DNA from: Pristiophorus japonicus
Lineage: Eukaryota
Length of the DNA stretch: 64,000 nt
Assembly (NCBI RefSeq): GCF_044704955.1
Contig: NC_091977.1
Location: 263,934,001-263,998,000, forward strand
Direction: 5' to 3'
Each line of letters opens with the position of its first letter. Position 1 is the first letter of the stretch. The notes under the pieces are model-generated. The model searched no databases. It saw nothing but the letters and a program-made list of their open reading frames with translations, and was not told where the DNA came from. Of this stretch, positions 59,621 through 64,000 are shown one piece after another. A program made the translations under genes and the position numbers.

Positions 59621-61314
59621 ACATGTATGTGTGTATATAGAGGGAAACCTGAGCTATTAGCGAATGGGGAAGGCAGTCATTATCCAAATCTTTATTACCA
59701 CAGTCAATGGCTCAATAATTGCTGTCAAAATAACAGCGAGGTTGTTAGCCCTCACCATTATTTATGTATAAATGCCACAGTGACTTCAGGCAAGGGCAGA
59801 TGCACGATTAATCCGGAAATTGAGACATTGCTCTTTGGAAATGTACTACTTCGCGAAAATGGCATCTCACTGACTGACTCATCATTCAAATGCTTTGGGT
59901 GGTGTGAAGTTCCTCCATATGCACTGTGGATGTGAAGTAAATTCGCCACTGAAAGTTAAGTTGTCATTTTAAGGCTAAGTGCCCTTTTAATGATGTGATG
60001 AGCATTAATTACTATAAGTCAACCTCTCTGGCACTGAAAGTTAACTGTTACTAGTGTGGAGTCTCACTCCTTCAGGTTTTAATTGTTGTTGGAGATTTAT
60101 TTTAAATGTTTTTTACTTTTCTTTCTGTCTTTTTTTTTCTCTCTCTTAGTCCAATCTTTCTTTCTCTTTCTGGACCTGATTTGAAATTGAATTCACCGTT
60201 CTACCTTACACTTCCTGATTCATACCTTGCGTTTTTCATTTCACAATCCTTCAATCTGATTGGTTGAAAAGATGCAGTTGCCCGCCTTGCTCTCTCAGAT
60301 CCCAGATACCCTGTAGAGGGAGCCATGCCATTTCTATCTCGTACTTCCAGCGAAAACTATCAGGGAGATTAAACTGGCATGGGCAAGTCTAACTTGCAGC
60401 GGGTGCTGTTCGTTGACTAGTTACGGGACTTTTTGGGCCATTAACACAAACTACAACATCCTTAATTTGAATCAACAAAAAATCCTGGCAAATAATTTAA
60501 AAAATACTTTTGATTTCGATCATTGATTTATTTCTAAGACATGAGTGGTGTAGAAACACTTTGATACATTGCTGATCTCACACATATGTGTGATAACAGA
60601 TATTATCATACATTCTGTCATTTGCATCATTTATTCAGCTTTTGATTTATGGTTCCTGGTAACTGTTAACCCTTTACATCCAGACTGAGCACCTAAACTA
60701 TTTATAAAACTTAAAATTCAACTCTGACGACTCTGCAGAAATATTTTCTTGTGCAGAGATTGCATCAAGTGAACAGCCAGTGACTATTTCAATATCTGCC
60801 TCTATCGGTAACACAGGTAGTTTGTCAATATTTTAAAATGTTCTCTTTTAGTTAGGAAAAATTGAAATTCATTTTAATCTCCTCCTCACCGAAGCCTTCC
60901 TCAGCTGCACACCCATCCCCAGTTGAACGAACAGGAGGACAACGGAGTCCCAGGCTCTCCTCATGCCACTCTGAAACTGGATATTAGGAGGTGTGCAGGA
61001 GTAGTTTGGAGAGACTTGGCCCTTCTTATTTGTTGCTACCTTCCTTTCAAGAAGCAACATACCCTTGCTCAGTGATGGCACATTAAAGACCAGGCTCTCT
61101 CCAAACGGGGAATCAAGTGTGATCTTCATTCCAGCCTCTTAATGCCCTTGTACTTGAAATAATTCCACTATTTATCAGTCTCGAGGCATCCCACACCCTT
61201 GTCAACAATAACAGGTGAGAACTTGGTGCTTTGTGGCCCAGCTGGAAGGATGTGGACTTGTGCATGTCAATGTGCTGTGTTACTGGGGAGGTGTAAGGTG
61301 ATGGTACAAATTGA

Positions 61315-61964
61315 GGGGCCGAAATTGCCCCTTTCTATAAGAGCCGTGACCATCTCAAAGCCACGGGTCGGTAAGCACTCACCACTCAGTCAGCACTCGT
61401 GGATTTTCCCGGCGGAGAACGTCTCAGCTTCGCTCGTGTTGCCACCCCGTTGACCCCTTATCGACAGGCAGCGACCCCGTTTCCGCCCTATGTGGGAAAT
61501 TGCCCCACGGGAGCAGATCGGCTGCCGCTTGGTGCCATTGACAGTTTTCCCCGGAGGAAAGCTTCTTGTGGCTGGATGGCGTGTCTGCCCTGAAAGGGGA
61601 GGGCGCACTGCCGTGGCCACCATTTTATTTTAGGCCAACAATGGTGGCCATGGGTTCAACCTGGCCACCAACAAGCAGCCCGACACCCCCTCTTGAGTAC
61701 CGGGTTAAACCAAACCCTCCCTCATGGTCCAGTGTTTGCCACTAAAGTGGTGCAGAGTTCGCAGTGGCCCTCCCCTTTAACTGATGTGACGTATCAGCGC
61801 GGCGTTGATGACTCAGAGCGACGGCCGCTCCAACCCGCCCGCACTTCCGCCCCGCTGACAACACCACATCCGCCCTGCTCCAAAAAAAAGCAGAGCTGAA
61901 TTTCCCGGAACACTGAAAGATCGGTAGGTACGCCCCATTTTGGGCGGAGGGCAACTTCGGACCC
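61315..61964. mobile_element. MITE with TGA TSD
   Basis: TIR GGGGCCGAAATTGCCC / GGGCAACTTCGGACCC; TGA on both flanks. Confidence 0.85.
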
Positions 61965-62649
61965 TGAATCTTCTAAACCAGCCATGATTGGGAAGAAGTC
62001 ACTTTTTTTGTGTTTTCATTTGAATTTAACTTAGCGTACTTGTCCATGGACAGTTACAGCTGTGAAAACATTAAAGGGCAGAGGTGGGAATGACTTTTCA
62101 ATGGAAAGATAGCAACATTGAAGGATATGTTACCCAGGATGCTTTTCCATTCATCTTGCAGACTAACTGTGAAAATGCAAAGGCAGAGGCCCATCAGCTG
62201 CCCTCTTGCAGTTATATAGGGCATAGGAATATTTAAAAAAGAAAGTTAAAAAAAAAAATGTATTGTTGGACTTCTAATCTGAAAGAAATAGCATGAAGCA
62301 TCCAATTGTTTTGGGTTTCTCCTCCAAATAAGGAAATTAAACCTTGTTTACTGTTAAAAATCTGGAATTTGATGATATCATATCTGTGGTTTAAACTCAA
62401 ATACATCAAATCTTTTCATAGAATAATTTTTAGAATTTATAATTAAAGCCTTTTGAATTGGAGATTTGGTGGTCGCTGCTCTTCAATACTGTACTGTGAA
62501 TTCATTCTTTCCCACATGGTAGATCCAATGGGAAACCACATGTTTATTGCCCTGGATGTGAAAGAAAGTGATCCGCACTGGAAAAATACAAATATCAGTC
62601 AACACTTTAACCAGTTGGACGATAGCTACAACTTAAATTTATATCAATC

Positions 62650-63125
62650 TTCTCATGTAAAATGGTTGATAGATTATTTTCAGACTGGAAGGATGTAAAC
62701 AGTGGCGAGGCCCCAAGGGTCAGTGTTGGAACCATACTCTTCTCAGTATATAGAAATGATCTGCATTTGGAATACAGGGGACACAATATCAAAATTTGCA
62801 GATGACACAAAAATAGTGAGTGTGATGAACTGTATGGAGCACTGTACCCTATTTCAGGGGCAGAGGCAGGTTAGTGTTTAGATTTAGTAGATAAAGGACC
62901 GATGAAATTTAACAAAGAGAAATGTGAGGTAATAGATTTTGGGAGGATGAATAAGGAGAGGACAGATATTCTAAAAGTGAAATCTGAAAAAGGAGCAGAG
63001 AAACTTGGGTTCAGACATACACATTTTTAAAAGTGAGAGGACATTTTGTTGCTTGGTTTTATGAATATAGGTAGAAAATTAAAAAAACAAAGAGGACATA
63101 CAAAACCTATATAAATCATTGGTTA
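62650..63125 (+). mobile_element. Very old CR1 RT fragment
   Basis: CCCCAAGGGTCAGTGTTGGAACC (PQGSVL), AAATTTGCAGATGACACAAAA (KFADDTK), AAATGTGAGGTAAT. Confidence 0.75.
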
Positions 63126-63284
63126 TGCTGAATTTGCGACCTCTATGGTTGCGTACGAAATGCGCACGCACCCGTAGGGGTCCCAGGTTTAGGCATGCGC
63201 TGAAACCTGGAACTTGTGATTTGCCCAACTTCTGCCCAGCGAATACCCATTAAATTCTTACACCTGAGAAAAGCAGGGGTATCA

Positions 63285-64000
63285 GCATAGGCAGTCCCTC
63301 GGAATCGGGGAAGACTTGCTTCTACTTTAAAAATAAGTCCTTAGGTGGCTGAATAGTCCAATATGAGAACCACAGTCCCTGTCACAGGTGGGACAGATAG
63401 TCTTTGAGGGAAAGGGTGGGTGGGACTGGTTTGCCGCACTTTCTTTCCGCTGCCTGCGTTTGATTTCTGCACGCTCTCGGAGATGAGACCCGAGGTGCTC
63501 AGCTCCCTCCCAGATGCACTTTCTCCACTTAGGGCGGTCTTTGACCAGGGACTTCCAGGTGTCAGTGGGGATGTTGCACTTTATCAGGGAGGCTTTGAGG
63601 GTGAACTTGTAACGTTTCCTCTGCCCACCTTTGGCTCGTTTGCCGTGAAGGAGTTCCGAGTAGAGCGCTTGCTTTGGGAGTCTCGTATCTGGCATGCGAA
63701 CAATGTGGCCTGCCCAGCGGAGCTGATCATGTGTGCTTAGTGCTTCAATGCTGGGGATGTTGGCCTGGTCGAGGGCGCTAATGTTGGTGCGTGTGTCCTC
63801 CCAGGGGATTTGCAGGATCTTGCGAAGACATCGTCGGTGGTATTTCTCCAGCAACTTGAGGTGTCTACTGTACATGGTCCATGTCTCTGAGCCGTACAGG
63901 AGGGCGGGTATTACAACAACTCTGTAGACCATGAGCTTGGTAGCAGATTTGAGGGCCTGGTCTTCAAACAGTCTTTTCCTCAGGCGGCCGAAGGCTGCAC
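63285..64000 (-). mobile_element. RTE LINE 3' end, continuing beyond the window
   Basis: ORF 63327-63932 ALLYGSETWT..QLRWAGHIVRMPDTRLPKQ..CPTCDRDCGSHIGLFSHLRT. Confidence 0.95.

Noticed and set aside
1-64000. CRISPR array, prokaryotic operon or bacterial RT-based defence system
   Set aside because: No regularly spaced repeats or operon structure; all RTs are vertebrate LINE or LTR types.

Overview
Eukaryotic, repeat-dominated genomic DNA. The repeat content (CR1 LINEs with AAGAACAT/AGAAACAT tails, RTE LINEs, Deu-domain tRNA SINEs with L2-type tails, L2 relics, Penelope relics, many GGG-ended MITEs) points to a cartilaginous fish (shark); that is an inference from family resemblance. I recognise no intact host protein-coding gene, rRNA, tRNA or CRISPR array. 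Nearly all long ORFs are transposon-derived or antisense shadows of them. Resolved structures: a decayed two-gene Harbinger transposon (3026-5770); a near full-length RTE (5808-10745) carrying a 697-bp ERV-like solo LTR with a 5-bp TSD and broken by an inverted duplication; an internally deleted Gypsy element with both LTRs, a tRNA-Ser-type PBS and a GTAAT TSD (32309-34798), inserted in an old Penelope relic; and an internally deleted BEL/Pao element (38035-46949) containing three CR1 insertions. Also present: a palindromic Penelope-derived element with a degenerate minimal hammerhead ribozyme (15876-16016), a set of MITEs with AAT/ATT/TGA target duplications, several locally templated duplications and a few unassigned exon-like segments on the minus strand. 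Ends defined by LTRs, TIRs or TSDs were read base by base; ends of decayed repeats are approximate. Family names come from my recall of consensus sequences, not a database search. I found no convincing wholly new biological system; the best leads are ranked in the findings.
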